From: Saccostrea cucullata
Lineage: Eukaryota
Direction of reading: 5' to 3'
Assembly (NCBI RefSeq): GCF_032062105.1
Contig: NW_026931375.1
Span: forward strand, 372,001 to 436,000
Length of the DNA stretch: 64,000 nucleotides
Shown here: positions 1-12,700 of the stretch, one piece after another
How positions within the stretch are numbered: the first letter of the stretch is position 1
Layout: every line of letters starts with the position of its first letter
Notes under the pieces: model-generated
What the model was told of the DNA's origin: nothing
What the model saw: the letters and a program-made list of their open reading frames with translations, nothing else
Databases searched by the model: none
Program-made: the position numbers and the translations under genes

Positions 1-190
1 GATGGTTCACTAATTTTCAATTTGAAATCCTCATCAGTTTCCCCATTCTCAATGTTCTGTAACTCCTTACAATTTTTATCTTTCTTCTCTTGTTTCTTTT
101 TCACCTTTGATGAAAACATCATCCACAGAGAGATTTAATTTTCCAGACAACAAATGAGATGAAGAGTCCTCAACAATAATATTATATCAC
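1..190 (-). pseudogene. Coding-like, apparently frameshifted exon fragment running off the window edge
   Basis: Minus strand reads IIVEDSSSHLLSGKLNLSVDD in one frame and SKVKKKQEKKDKNCKELQNIENGETDEDFKLKISEP in another. No recognisable family. Confidence 0.3.
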
Positions 191-3100
191 CTTTTAGCTA
201 ATTCTGCAGGATAATTTTAATGTTTCAAATATATATGAATTTACAACTGCATTGCACCGGTACTGATAATAGTGATATGCATTTTATCAAGTGAAGTGTA
301 AAATGACATGTACCAGTACATATATATCACTACAGATAAATCATACAATCAGAAATGAAAGCTTTGAACTGATAAACCCCCAAAACTGACTGCACACACT
401 TATTCACCTATAGATATTGGTTCAGGTTGATTATTAGTACAAGTGCATATATGCCTATACTCTTCTGAGAAAAATTAATAAATTAATAATTAATTGTTAG
501 TCTCAATAGTGTCTGAAAACAGACTGGTTGTAAAATTTTTACGTCAGAATACACTATAAATCAAATTCTACCAATCCAAATTAGCCTATCATTAGAAATT
601 TGACATTCTCATTGATCACTGATATCTGGCAAGATGAACGGAAAAAGCCATTCCTCAAGTATTCATCAAACATGTGGAATCAGAGGCAATGGAGACACTC
701 CTTCCTCTAACATGACAAGATGAGTTTCAATCATCTCAATGCCTTCCTCATTAAGACTTAACTCCTTCGCACCAATCAATATTTGACAAGATACTGTATG
801 AAGCCCACTCTGTTATATTCCCAACAATCACGGCTAAGGCTAGTATCTTGTTATCCAGTTTAGTCAATCTGTCCTCACTAGAAACATATGGGAGCTAATA
901 CAATAGAAGATTAAAACAAGAAAACTGTCCTGTGACAACCTTGTCATCTAAGAATGTATATTCCTGGCCACGTGAACCCATCAATGAGTCACCATTAATT
1001 GGTTAAGCAAGACTTCACCTGCCTGTCAGACATTATATAATCTGCCCCAGTGAACCCATTTCTCAGTAGTATATAAATCAACTGCGACTTATCATTTTCA
1101 ATCTAACTTGTTTTCTCAAGATGTATTCTTTATAATTGTCTGGTTTATGTTATAATATTTTGACACGTTTCTACATTTGTTACATCTTGCCTTTGGCAAT
1201 TTACATATTTAGCTCATATTCACCAAGAATATCTCAACTAGACCTTGATTGTTTAAACATCCTTGATTTCACTTTGTACATGTACCTGCACACTGATCAA
1301 CTGATAAATACATATTTGCAAAGTGTTATCAAGCTGCAATAGGAAATATGTAAACCTTAATATAAGTCGTAAGAATTAAATAAATAGACCAAGAAAAATG
1401 GAAGCTAAATAGATGCATTAAAACACCCTGAATACCAGGTACACAACAGTTACGATAGATCATAAAATTCTGCTATACAGGTGTACATGTATATTAATGC
1501 CAGTCCTACATCAAGTGCATTATTTTTAGAGTCTGACTGTTGCTTGTTTTATGAACAGAGTGCAGTCAACTTGGTATTTTGTTGTGTTCCATACAAAGTT
1601 AAGTTTATAAGAATTAAAGTACTGACTATAAGCTGTGTATGTTATTGCAATTTTATTTTTGTGTTGAAATGGATTAAAAACTGTCTCAGAGAGGGACAAT
1701 AAACTGGACAATGAATGAAATTGTAACATATTTCTAAAATTAAATATAAAATTTTGTTATTGAAGAATGCTTATATGTATAGAATTATTTCTATTTGTTT
1801 TGGTGGAACCTTGAATTTTTATAATAATAGAATTTGCATGACTATTAAAGTATTTACAATCTACTGAATCTAGATAGCACATTTACTATTTAGATCAAGC
1901 ATTCTTCATCTATTGAGTTCTACAATTATAAAATGAGCTAATAAGGACATGTAGTTATTTGCAAATGCCACTCGATCAGTATAAATAATGTAGAAATTTC
2001 TTTGTTTTAGAACTGTTGCTTTTTCTATTAAATGTAAAACAATTATAACTTTTTCCAGATGATCTGAATGATAGCTAGGTCTTTCAGTTTCTCAATGAAT
2101 AATACTGGATAAGAAGGAATATTTGTGTATTACTAAATTAAATTCCCTCTGGAAAGAAAATTTTAATCAGGAATTATGCATATATAAGCCACATAAATGT
2201 CACAAAAGTGTCCCAGAAAATCTCAGAACTTTCAGCCCTACAAAGGTTCCTGCTCCTACATTGAAAATAATCTCAACAGAAAGTGAATTATGATGTTTAA
2301 TTGAAATTGCTGATTAATGTCCATTCTAAAAGACATCATCTTCTCCACAGCATGTTTTTACACATGTCCAGCAAAGCATTAAATGTGACAGATAGGGAGA
2401 TAATGTAGCAGGCAAGACCTGGATTAAACTTTAACCCTCTGAACTCTATATACAGGTCTTCTGATAATGAACTCATGGAATCTCCCAGCAACATCAATTT
2501 CAGAGCCATGTTCAATCATGAAAAAACCTGTTATCTAATGACTGTCAGAGTGTAACTCTCATTCCCTTATTCAAGTCCAGGATCTCTTTCCTATAGATCT
2601 ACCAGGATTATAAGTAGCCGAATAAAAAATATGAAGTATTATTAAAGACAAATACTTATTAAAATTAATGGCTGGATCAGCTGTTGAATATTAAATAATA
2701 AGAATCAATATATCATCTGCCTAGAGCATGCCTTGCTCAGTTTTGCCCGGTTTATATATTTTTTGTCATAGGTATGGTTAAAATTGTTTAATCCTTCAAA
2801 ACAGTTGTGTCGTGGGGGACAATAGACAAATGTAATAACTTTTCTTGTTAACCAGAGATCAAGTAGTTTAAGCAGGGGCCAATATACTGAGACGGTCCCT
2901 GGTTTAAGGAGGTGCACAATCAATGAAATCACAGTATGTCATCACATCTAGGATCATGTGAGAATGACAGTGCACTCCACTGAAAGGATATTTGTCATCA
3001 ATTTTACAGCTTCCCATATTTAGCCACATAAAAATTAAAATTTATTCAACCATTTCAATTCATACATTTTTATTAAAATAAATAAAACACAATTTTAAGA

Positions 3101-3208
3101 CCACCACACGAAACGTCAAAATGTAAACAAGAGCCACGTTGACGAGGTCAAGGTAAAATCAGCATGAAAACTAATTCTGCAAAAAATGAAACACAATAAA
3201 TAGGTTAC

Positions 3209-3254
3209 CTTTATTAAGGTCCACTTGCTTTTCGTCCGTTGGAGAACCTGCCAT
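3209..3254 (-). CDS. Putative first coding exon of a gene divergent from SF3B6; product unknown
   Basis: aaaATG GCA GGT TCT CCA ACG GAC GAA AAG CAA GTG GAC CTT AAT AAA G|gtaac (MAGSPTDEKQVDLNK), 330 bp from the SF3B6 ATG. Coding-like but frame-broken minus-strand sequence lies downstream at ~1-190 and ~600-900. Confidence 0.4.
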
Positions 3255-3581
3255 TTTCTGTTTTATCCCGTACTAATGAGTAATGTGTAGTTTTTGATCG
3301 ATCGTTTGGTTTGCTACAGAAGGAAACTCACTGGGAAAAACAACTGGGAACGAGTTATCAAGTCTAATGACGTATATACAAAAATTGATTTCATTTATTT
3401 TTCTTTTTATCTTCACGATGATTTTAATTGAGACTTATAATCATTTCAGAAAAGATAATTTAAAATCAATTGTTTATAAAATATTAGAGTGTAAAAATCT
3501 AAATCATACAAATGTTATATATAGTAAAAAAGAAAAGATAAAAACGCAAGCGCTACATAGATTCAGATTATCAAAACAGCA

Positions 3582-6043
3582 ATGGCGTTAACAAGAAAGG
3601 GAAACGTATGTAAACCGATTTATTTTTTCATTTAATTATAATAGAGAGTTCTTAAAAGAGGTATCAAGGCAAAAAAGTTTTCTTTCATACATGTGTGATT
3701 TTGTACGAAATATTGATCATGTTTATGTTTCTAATTCTATTGTCCCATAAATCCTTCAGGATTTGTACAATATTTTAGAACAGAAACTTTTTTGAAGAGA
3801 ATTATTTATGTTTTTATTTTTCAGGTGAGGCTTCCTCCAGAAGTCAATCGTATTCTGTATGTCAGAAATCTACCATACAAAATAACAGCTGAGGAAATGT
3901 ATGATATTTTTGGAAAATATGGAGCCATAAGGCAAATACGAGTGTAAGTTCATGTATCAATAATCTGCAGATAAATGTCGGTGAATAAAATATGCATAGT
4001 ACTCTGCGAAAAGTCTAGGTGAAATGTAGAAGTCCATACTATTGAAAACAAGACTTACTTTTAATATAAATCCAACAAAATTACACTTGTATTTACATCA
4101 CCAATTCAATCATGGTTCTTCTCTTCTTCTTCCGGTAAAGTGAAGGGCCGCTGCTGCGGCATATTCTCACTATGTTTAAAAGCGTGTACGTGTATATGGA
4201 GACATTTTTACACTATTAAAAACTGATAAAAACGTGACTGCATGATTTATGGTGTTTTATATGTGTGTCTTAAAGGACTCCAGGGACATGGCCGTGATGG
4301 TGTTTTCTGGCAGCTGGTTCCATATCCTGATGGTACAAGGAAAGACGATTCCTTGTAGTCATTCACGGCAAAATGAGATCCTGTACCGGTGTTGGTGTCT
4401 TGGCTGTTTGGCTAATGCATCTGGCAACAAGGGAATGCCAATACGGTAAATCAGATAGCCTTTGCTTTAATTCTGCGTTGATGAATTTCCCATTCATGTC
4501 GATCATCGTTGTGACACTACTGGTGGTGTTGTAGTTATTGGTCACAAGTGATTTCTCTGCACAGCTTCTAGTTTGTCGATGTTTTTCTTTGTGTGAGGGT
4601 CCCAGACAGTGGATGCATATTCTACCTGGGGTCTGACCAATGTCTTGTAACACTTGTCCTTGATGTTGCTGGGACAGAATAGATAACACAAAAAGGCAGT
4701 GGTGTTGTTTGATTTACACTATCAATATGATGGTTCCATGAAAATGTTGACCCCTAGGTACTTGGCCTTGGTGGTAGTTATATGATGAATATGGGGTTAT
4801 TTCCGTTTGGTGGTGATACGGATAACCTCTTGTCTGGGTTGAAATGCATTAGCCAGTCTGTTTCCCAATCTTGGAGGTTGTCAAGGTCCGTCTGGAGTTG
4901 TCTGGCATCCGCATCTGTAGTGATGGTCCTATACAGAAGGCAGTCGTCCGGAATAACCTGGCCTTGGACCTCACTCTGGAGGGTAAATCATATGATGTCA
5001 GGAAAATAGGACTGTTCCTTGGGGAATGTTACCGGTGCGGTTGGTGAAGAATGGCCCTCGACCAATACCTTTTGTGTTTCCGGACAAGAAAGCTATCCAA
5101 TTAAACGTACCCCGTAGTGGATTTTTATCTCTCATGTGGGACCTTGTCAAATGCTTTGGAAAACAGTAGCACTGCATCGAATATATATTTTATGGCGAGG
5201 TCCTGGATTGTTGTTATTAGTTGGGACTCACAGGATCGCTTCTTCCTGAACCCATGCTTTTAGGATACTGTGATGCTCGAAGAAATTCATCAGGTGGCTG
5301 TGGATGATGTTTTTACCTTGCAACACACAGAGGTCAGGGACACAGGACGATAATGCTCCTTTCCTTTATAAAATCTATCCTCAGGTGTTTGAAAAAAATG
5401 GATGCCTGGAAAATATATATTTCTTTCAAGGCAACTAAAATTGATTATTAAAAAACACAAATTGAAACCAAAGGAAAGGTTTATATCACATTTTTGATGC
5501 CAAGAATGCATTCTCTCAGGGTTATGTGTGGCTAGGACTTCCAATAACAAGGTAAAAATGCAAACAGTCAAAATGAGATCTTGTATCATTTTACAATGCA
5601 CCTGTCCTTTGATGTCATATACTGTTAATCAGATGTTATTTGAGTGTGATGAATATCCTCATGTTACTGTCTCTTTCTTTTATTCACAAATGATTATCGC
5701 TGCAAACCTTTGATGTACAGAATGTTCCTAATGTCGCGAAAATTTATCGTCGCCAATTGATTTCAAACTGCCGAATCATGAATAGATAACACAAATAATA
5801 GTTGATTTACAGTGAAGAAAATTTCTTATTTGATAATGTAAATTTTAAAAAATCTGTACTAGCATTTTATGCAAGTGCAATGTTGATATATATATATATA
5901 AACTGCTTTACAAGTTATGCTTGTCATATGGATCTCTTTTATTTCATTTTTAGGCATTCAAGAAAACAGATGATACTAAAAAGAAAGAAGACATCGAAAA
6001 AATGAAACAGAAATATGGACTTTCGACACCAGAAAAGAAGTGA
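3582..6043 (+). pseudogene. SF3B6: Splicing factor 3B subunit 6 (p14) gene copy with decayed exon 3; probable pseudogene
   Basis: Exon 1 3582-3605 (MALTRKGN|gtatgt). Exon 2 3825-3943 ([40 protein letters not shown]|gtaagt), nearly identical to the known SF3B6 RRM N-half. Exon 4 5954-6043 (AFKKTDDTKKKEDIEKMKQKYGLSTPEKK*). Exon 3 survives only as a deleted remnant at ~5452-5551 (ETKG...IFDAKNA...LSG...SNNK|gt). Confidence 0.9.
4117..5357 (-). mobile_element. Degenerate 5'-truncated CR1-type LINE (RT fragment) in SF3B6 intron 2
   Basis: Minus-strand RT motifs in order: HYRPVSLTSVCCKV, GFRKKRSCESQL, FSKAFDKVPH, PQGTV, DDCLLYR, AKYLG. (GAA)n-like 3' tail at ~4117-4130. Many frameshifts. Confidence 0.8.
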
Positions 6044-7669
6044 ATGTGATATGTGCAATTGTAGTGGATATTATTGTGACATTCTTTTTATACGTTGTCA
6101 TCCTCACTAAACTTGAATATCGCAGATCACACAGATAGATAAACTCACATCTAAATGAGTACTTGTTAAGGCATTCTTTATCGAGACAACTGTGCAAATT
6201 TCTCATACTATCCTTGTATTTTTGTCAATCAAATCTCCATTGTAGGTGTTTTAAAATATTTGTTAGTGCTCACAGTTGTTTATAGAAATACATGCCATTG
6301 GATAGTTAAAGTAAATATGGCACAGTTATTAACATTTTAATGTAAGTAGCTGTGGTCAAAATGTTCTGAAATGGTTGAAAATGTAAACTCATCATGGTCA
6401 AGAAAATTCATTTCATATTGTCAAGAAAATTCATTTCATATTTTACATTAAACAAAAATTAGTTATTATATGTACATGTACTGTGAATTCACAGTACATT
6501 TTTTCACTGAAATTTAATAAAAATAAATTTTCCACATGGTTGTAACTGTTTATTTGCATGAACTGAACATGAGAATAATAATTTTTAGTAGCATTATTGA
6601 TGTGTAAGCCCTATTTTGACCAAAGGACTTTATTCGGTATTAACCAATATTTGCCCCCCAAATCAAACTTTGATGGAGATATATTTAATTAAGTCCTTAA
6701 ACAGGGGAGTATATGCTGACTTCAAAGCACTGAATAATTTCATAAGTAATGACGTCATATGTACGTAATGACGTCACAAACATGACGTAAATTTCAGGTT
6801 TTTATGAATTTTACAGAAAAAACGTACAGATTTCGTCGATATTTTAAGTAAAAGTCACCGAGCGCATGTGTGTTCAGGATGGATATTTTGATATAATGTG
6901 TAGAATGATAATATCAATGAAATATGTCAATATTGTTCCTGAACACACAGCTATAAATTTTAAAGCTAAAATTGTTGAAATTTTGTCCATTTTGTCCTCT
7001 TTCTGAAAAAGAATATAAAATCAAGCATACACACAACTGTTAATTTATATATACAATTTATTGAATTCAGCACATTTGAAGAATAAGCAAACATCAATAT
7101 AAACCAGTGCTGTTTTAGTACTGACAAGACTGTACCAAAAGAAAGCATTTTAAAATGAAAGCGTGTTCATAAACAAGCAGACACACAATATATATACCTT
7201 ACTGTGGCAATTAAACCCTACTTACAAGTATTATGCAAATAGAAGATCAATGCAAAACCTTCCAATATTCTTGCGCAAAAAATGTGCTAATTTTAAGTGA
7301 TAGATGCTTTAACATGTAACAGCCTTCTTTTCAGCATCCAAACTTATGAGATTATCTGATGGGTATTGATTGTAATAGCCTGTGATATTAGGAATAATAC
7401 ATGTTTGAATAAGTTTGAGAGTAATTGAATATCAGAAGATGGAGAATAAGGTAACATAAAGTATTGATGAATTGCTATGTTGATGAGAGAAACTACATAC
7501 AGTTAAACCCTAATATCTAGAACACTGCTCTCTATTACTATCATGGATGCTGATATGTAGAATGAATAGTTTTCTCTATGTATATTAAATTTAATATTTT
7601 TATATTTCTAATCCTTGATTATTTTAAAAAGTAACTTCTACTTTTTGAGATAATGAGTTTTGAATAGTA

Positions 7670-7798
7670 CACAAGCACTTGTTTTGGAGATAAATCTTTA
7701 ACCCAGAGTATAATAATTACACAAGGTACCTAACTCTGAATTACAGTGAAATTATTATACTCTTGGTTAAAGATTTATCTCCCAAACAAGTGCCTGTG
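7670..7798. mobile_element. Small palindromic MITE with CACAxGCAC termini (P-element-like ends)
   Basis: ~48-bp imperfect inverted repeats (cacaagcacttgttttggagataaatctttaacc / ggttaaagatttatctcccaaacaagtgcctgtg). Flanks share tagta (partial TSD). Confidence 0.65.
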
Positions 7799-7882
7799 CT
7801 GTAGTATCTAAAATCTCACTCCTCTTGTTAAGCTCACAATTACATTACACATATTTAACAGGATTATGGAATAAAATCCAAC

Positions 7883-8382
7883 ACAAGAGGCCCAGGGGCC
7901 ACAGTGCTCACCTGAGCACATAGGCTAGGAAAAAGCACATATCAGGTCAGAACTGAAAGTTTACTGAAGGGGGGGGGGGGGGGGGGGGGGGCTTGAATCT
8001 AAACCCCCTAGGGAATCATAATTTGAACGAACTAGAATCTACACTATCTGAGGATGATTCCATATAAATATTACTAATCATGGTTTTGAAATACATGTAC
8101 ATGAAAAGAAGATTTTAAAAGGTTGCCCTACATATTCCTATGTTAAATTTTGATCAGCCTTTTTGGCCCCACTCTACCCCTGGGGGTCATGATTTGAACA
8201 AATTTGAATTTACACTAACTGAGGATGATTCCACATGAATTTCATCTTTCCTGGGCCAGTGGTTCTGGAGAAGAAGATTTCTAAAAGATTTTTCCTATAT
8301 ATTCCTACCCCTGGGGGTCATGATTTGAACAAACTTGAATCTACACTACCTGAGGATGATTCCACATGAGTTTCATCTTTCC

Positions 8383-8414
<32 letters not shown>

Positions 8415-8548
8415 AAGATTTTTCCTATATATTCCTATGTAAAACTTTGATCGGCCATTTTGGCCCCACCCTACCCCTGGGGGTCATGATTTGAACAAAT
8501 TTGAATTTACACTAACTGAGGATGATTCCACATGAGTTTCATCTTTCC

Positions 8549-8582
<34 letters not shown>

Positions 8583-8880
8583 GATTTTTCCTATATATTC
8601 CTATGTAAAACTTTGATCGGCCATTTTGGCCCCACCCTACCCCTGGGGGTCATGATTTGAACAAACTTGAATCTACACTACCTGAGGATGATTCCACATG
8701 AGTTTCATCTTTCCTGGCCAAGTGGTTCTGGAGAGGAAGATTTTTAAAGATTTTTCCTATATATTCCTATGTAAAACTTTGATCGGCCATTTTGGCCCCA
8801 ACCTACCCCTGGGGGTCATAATTTGAATAAACTTGAATCTACACTACCTGAAGATGATTCCACATGAGTTTCATCTTTCC

Positions 8881-8914
<34 letters not shown>

Positions 8915-9046
8915 GATTTTTCCTATATATTCCTATGTAAAACTTTGATCGGCCATTTTGGCCCCACCCTACCCCTGGGGGTCATGATTTGAACAAACTT
9001 GAATCTACACTACCTGAAGATGATTCCACATGAGTTTCATCTTTCC

Positions 9047-9080
<34 letters not shown>

Positions 9081-9212
9081 GATTTTTCCTATATATTCTT
9101 ATGTAAAACTTTGATCGGCCATTTTGGCCCCACCCTACCCCTGGGAGTTATGATTTGAACAAACTTGAATCTACACTACCTGAAGATGATTCCACATGAG
9201 TTTCATCTTTCC

Positions 9213-9246
<34 letters not shown>

Positions 9247-9297
9247 AAATGCCATTAATTTTTCTCTAATTCATAATTATCTCCCCTTGGAAAAGGG

Positions 9298-9343
<46 letters not shown>

Positions 9344-9384
9344 ACTTTGTGGCAAGTTTGGTTAAAATTGGCCCAGTGGATCTT

Positions 9385-9420
<36 letters not shown>

Positions 9421-9443
9421 GACAACGACAACAACGACGACAG

Positions 9444-9490
<47 letters not shown>

Positions 9491-9503
9491 GGGTGAGTTA
9501 AAA
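7883..9503 (+). mobile_element. Non-autonomous Helitron/Helentron-type element carrying a 166-bp satellite array
   Basis: 5' acaagaggccc...gctcacctgag; internal 166-bp tandem array; GAC/ACAACG microsatellite ~9414-9452; 3' hairpin gctcacttgagcc-ttc-ggctcgggtgagt followed by an A tract. Confidence 0.85.
8000..9245 (+). repeat. 166-bp tandem satellite (Cg170-like oyster satellite), ~7 units
   Basis: The motif tggcccca recurs at 8461, 8627, 8793, 8959 and 9125 (period 166). One earlier unit is internally deleted. Confidence 0.92.
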
Positions 9504-9701
9504 ACTACTGGTAGCACATTGTACTTTGTTTAACTGAAATCTTTACAAATAATTGAATAATATAATGTAAATTTAGAATCTTTTTATTAAGGTTAGTGTA
9601 TCTGCACTGTGTGAAGATTTTTTTTTCAAACAGACATTAAATGATCCTTTAAAATCTGATACTATACTTGTGTAACTGCACTGTGTGAAGATTTTTTTAA
9701 T

Positions 9702-12700
9702 TCAAATAGACACTTGGGTATAAACTTGATAGTCTGTCACTTCTGATTCCTCCACAGAATTATCTAATTTATCGTCAACATCTCCAATTCCTGCCCAGTC
9801 TAACACTGTAAAACAGTTCCCCACTGTTAAGTTGTCTGAGACACTAGCACTATTTAGACTGGGAGAATTATCACAATCTGCACCATTTGTCAATTCAATT
9901 TGTATTTTGGCATCAGATTTTTTCCTTAAGCTTCTTTTGTATTGTCTGTCACGTTCTTTTTCTTTCTGTCTGAATTCTTTATTATTTAGTCGAGCGAGTC
10001 TTTTCCTCTCTGCGTCCCGTCTCCTTTCTCTCTCCCTGTACTCTGGGTCCTTCCTTCTGTTCTTCATTCTTTGTTTGGCTACTATTTTCTCCTGTTCCCT
10101 GAAAGGACAACAGCAACATTTAGAAGATGAATAAAGGTACATACACATACATATAACGATAAAGGAACTTTGGGAATGGTGTTTAAAACTTCTTTCTTGT
10201 ATGTGGAATTGAAAGGACAGAAATATTTGTTTAAACCATTATTTTATAATGAAATTGAAAAAAATCAATCTAATTAAAATTAGATACTTTAAGCTTCCGC
10301 ATTTTGTTATGGCTAGCGACATAACAAAATACAGGTGCGTAAAGGATCTAATTTTAATTAGATTGAAAGACAATTGTGTGTCAAAATATGACCCAATGAT
10401 AGCTTTATTTGCTAACATGGTTATTATATTGACAATTATAGAATTTATGAAATGATGTGCGTAAAGGATCTAATTTTAATTAGATTGATTAAGAGTGCAA
10501 TTGTGTGTCATACAAATATAGACATTGGAATAATGAATACAAAAAAACATACATAAAATAAAATGATAGCATATCAGGTTTATTTGCTAACATGGTTTTA
10601 TTCACAATATTGACAATTTATAATAGCAGCTTAATTTATGAAATGATGTGACTTGTTAACACATTCAAAATGTTGAAATCCCTAGGACATGTACCCCCCC
10701 CCCCCCTTTAACACCAGAACCCTGGGGGCATAAAATTAATTTTAACACTTTTCATTTTCTCTAATTCAATTTATAAAAAATTTTCAGTATCAGATGTAGA
10801 TAAATTTCAAATGAATAACTAACAGCATTAACATGGTTAAAGCGAATATGCTTATAATGAATTTATGCTTACAGCAAAATGATTTTCAGTTCCTGTGGTT
10901 TAAAATCATACTGTATTCTTAACAGATATAATGAAATACATTTATAACGCATCAAAATCGCACAATCCTGACACTTCACTATAAGGGTGTTTTACTATAT
11001 TCTGTACAAAATCTAAAAAATTTGATTGTAACTAAGATTGAATACATTAACAATACCTGTATTCTTTGTTAGCCCTCTGTTCCCGTTTGTATATCTTATC
11101 CTTTTCTCGTTTTGTATGTTCTTTGACCGTCAGATGGCAGTTTTCTGGGTCAGTGTTGGATCTTAACCCATTATCAGGAACAAGTGCTATGTAAGATTGA
11201 ACAAAAGTCTCCTCACACCCATCTCTGTAAAATAACAAACAGACAATTTGTAAACACAAAATCATAAGTCAATGTAATTTTGCATTGGAATAATGACAGA
11301 AAAAAAAAACTGAAATAACAAATTGTATTCTTTGCAAAAAAATATTTAAGGAACTCAAAAAGAAAAAACACACCAAATAATGTTAGATTAACTGAAATCT
11401 AGAAAGCTTAGCTTAATTTTGAATTTTGATCTAAGTTAACCTCAGAATTTTGATCTTACCTCAAATCAGATGGAGTGATTGTTGAAGGATCCTCAAGAGA
11501 TGGCTGAAAATTTTCATCACAAGATAATTCTATAGTGTTTAGAACATCAAGATCTCCAATGGGTACAACATGGGGCTCTACGTAATCATCACAAACACTC
11601 TCTTCATCTGTAGTTGTTACGATAATGGTTTCCTGAGCAACATCTTCTGATAAGACCACTTCCTCAGCTGTATCTTCTGAGACTTCTGGGTTAGATGGAA
11701 CAAAATACACTTGAACTCTATTGCTGACTTGATCTACAAAGCAGATAATAAATATAGCAAGAAGCCCAGGTTCCACATTGCTCACCTGAGCAACGTGACT
11801 AGGAAAAAAGCAAAAATCAGTTTAGTACTGAAAAGCTTAAATACATAAGTGGTCCCAACCTACCCTTTAAAAGGTTATGATTTGAACAAACTTGAATCTA
11901 CACCACCTGAGGATGCTTATTTATTTCTTTTTAATAAACTATGACTTTTTTCTCCTAAAACTTTCATTGTGGCCCCATCCTACCCTTGGGAGTCATAATT
12001 TGAACAAACTTGAATCTACACTAACTGAGGAAGCTTCCATATAAATATGACCTACCATGGCTTTGCTGTTCTTGAGAAGATTTTTTCTCTATATTTGTAT
12101 GTAAAACTTTGACCGTCCATTGTGGCTCACCCATCATTTGAACAAATTTGCATCTACACCACCTGAAGATGCTATCACAATTCACATTAATATGCACAAC
12201 CATGGCGTTTGCTGTTATTAAGAAGATTTCTTACTTTTCTTATATATTCCTATATTAAACTTTGACCATCCATTGTGGCCCCACCCTACCCCTGGGGGTC
12301 ATGATATGAACAAACTTGAATCTTCACTATCTAACAATGATTCAACATGAGTTTCACCTTTCCTGGCCAACTGGTACTTGAGATTTTTCAATGATGCGAT
12401 TAATTTTTTGCTGTTTTTTAATTATCTCCCCTTGGAGGAGGACACGGCCCTTCATTTGAATAAATTTAATCCTCTTCAACCAGGTACATGTATACTCTGT
12501 GCTAAGTTTGGAAGAAATTGGGCCAGTATAGTTCTAGAGAAAATGAAATTGTGAAAAGTTAACAATGAAAACAACCCCAACAATGACAGACAAATTTCTA
12601 TCAGGAAAGCTGATAATAGTGAGTGCAGTGAGCATTGCAAAGCGACATTCGTCACTGCGAGATCTAATGACAATGCCTGGGCAAATAGAAAATTTGAACC

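Noticed and set aside
2380-2500. Possible tRNA-derived SINE head or tRNA on the minus strand
   Set aside because: Too degenerate: no cloverleaf or clear A/B boxes recoverable by eye.
7968-7991. Long G homopolymers (also ~57222, ~58856, ~58937) as G-quadruplex elements
   Set aside because: Simple homopolymer runs, common in this window and often inside repeats; their lengths are unreliable.
8000-9245. CRISPR-like appearance of the tandem arrays (also 28650-29585 and 46008-48058)
   Set aside because: Whole units repeat with no unique spacers, there are no cas genes, and the context is eukaryotic.
9832-10134. 100-aa hydrophobic plus-strand ORF
   Set aside because: Antisense of the K/R/E-rich exon; the L/S/F bias is expected from complementing purine-rich codons.
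11734-11785. ORF-track start MSNVEPGLLAIFIICFV as a signal peptide or TM for the minus-strand gene
   Set aside because: It lies upstream of a good acceptor at 11734 and overlaps the Helentron-type end. The phase-matched start is ATGACTG at 13187-13193.
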